In this document: positions 33,110-33,574 of the stretch, piece by piece
Position numbering within the stretch: the stretch's first letter is position 1
Layout: each line of letters opens with the position of its first letter
Virus record (IMG/VR): IMGVR_UViG_3300034411_000032
Coordinates: 1 to 33,574 of that record
Direction: 5' to 3' (one strand)
Length of the DNA stretch: 33,574 nucleotides
Source: a virus
Taxonomy: Duplodnaviria; Caudoviricetes
Program-made: the position numbers and the translations under genes
The notes under the pieces: model-generated
The model's database searches: none
Told to the model about the DNA's origin: nothing
What the model saw: the letters and a program-made list of their open reading frames with translations, nothing else

Positions 33110-33423
33110 TACTTTCGCCCCATCCATGCTGTTGCGCCCATGAAGGCGCCGACAATGCCAGCGCCGCTAATATAAAAAAGATTGCTTATGTCGCTCAGTG
33201 CCGTGACCCGATCCAGAGGTATAAAGAACATTGTAACCGTAAAGACGCCCATGCCGATCAAAGTCCACCGAGCCATGCGCAGTTGGGCTAAGTGCTTACG
33301 CAGCGCATCCTCTGTCTCCCTGATCTCTTTGGCCTTAGCCATCTCAGAGTCAGAGACAACGCCATCGCCGTCCATGTCGTAGGCGTCATACTTGCTTTGA
33401 TCTTCTAGCTTCTTTGCTGCCAT
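33109..33423 (-). CDS. EF-hand-like + two-TM membrane protein in the lysis module
   Basis: DMDGDGVVSDSE loop, two hydrophobic segments, AGGAG SD. Confidence 0.75.
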   Translation of the reverse strand: MAAKKLEDQSKYDAYDMDGDGVVSDSEMAKAKEIRETEDALRKHLAQLRMARWTLIGMGVFTVTMFFIPLDRVTALSDISNLFYISGAGIVGAFMGATAWMGRK

Positions 33424-33538
33424 CTTTTACACTCCTAGCGTAAGCAATCGCATAATGCTTGTGGTGGGTTATTATAACAACTTTTTCATCTTTGTCATAC
33501 ACAACGTAATCACCCTTTTTATTCTGGTATAACCTCAA
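33386..33538 (-). CDS. Possible 50-aa hypothetical protein
   Basis: TTG start, MRLYQNKKGDYVVYDKDEKVVIITHHKHYAIAYARSV...; fills the gap but has no clear SD. Confidence 0.45.
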   Translation of the reverse strand: MRLYQNKKGDYVVYDKDEKVVIITHHKHYAIAYARSVKDGSKEARRSKQV

Positions 33539-33574
33539 AGCAGTAGACCGTTGTTTGGCTGGTGGTTATCAATA
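33519..33574 (-). CDS. 3' end of a gene truncated by the window edge
   Basis: Open frame ...LITTSQTTVYCFEVIPE*; only about 18 codons visible. Confidence 0.4.
   Translation of the reverse strand, partial: LITTSQTTVYCFEVIPE

Noticed and set aside
1-33574. T7-type phage RNA polymerase promoters, tRNA genes, integrase/att site
   Set aside because: No conserved ~20-bp phage promoter repeat, cloverleaf or recombinase motif was found by eye.

Overview
Most of the genome of a T7/Bpp-1-architecture podovirus-like phage. The host is probably a marine alphaproteobacterium, inferred from the GTA-type holin and promoter style and not proven. Both window ends fall inside minus-strand genes, so a short stretch is missing. 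Reading the minus strand from the right end: a lysis module (EF-hand/TM protein, 3TM holin, amidase) and small basic proteins. A short plus-strand early operon follows (30156-31744), then a divergent control region with TGCTAGCA operators and an RHH-like regulator. The replication block has RuvC-like, PD-(D/E)XK nuclease, SSB-like and RepB-type primase/AAA helicase genes, followed by an iteron and hairpin origin candidate. The structural block has TerS, a probable pac/terminus region, TerL, GNAT, portal, scaffold, major capsid, cement, tail adaptor and nozzle, four candidate ejection proteins and a tail fibre. It ends in a tip module of three paralogous six-repeat propeller-like proteins plus a coiled-coil gene. 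No DNA/RNA polymerase, integrase, reverse transcriptase, tRNA or CRISPR array is visible. The best candidates for undescribed biology are: (1) an ejection-cluster protein with a C-terminal endonuclease III/HhH-GPD-like domain and a small acidic partner gene translated from inside its 3' end, as in an effector/immunity pair; (2) a modular fibre-tip system with complementary N-terminal docking motifs; (3) three candidate small RNAs with promoters, one antisense to the primase start. All family assignments come from motif recognition by eye; no searches were run.
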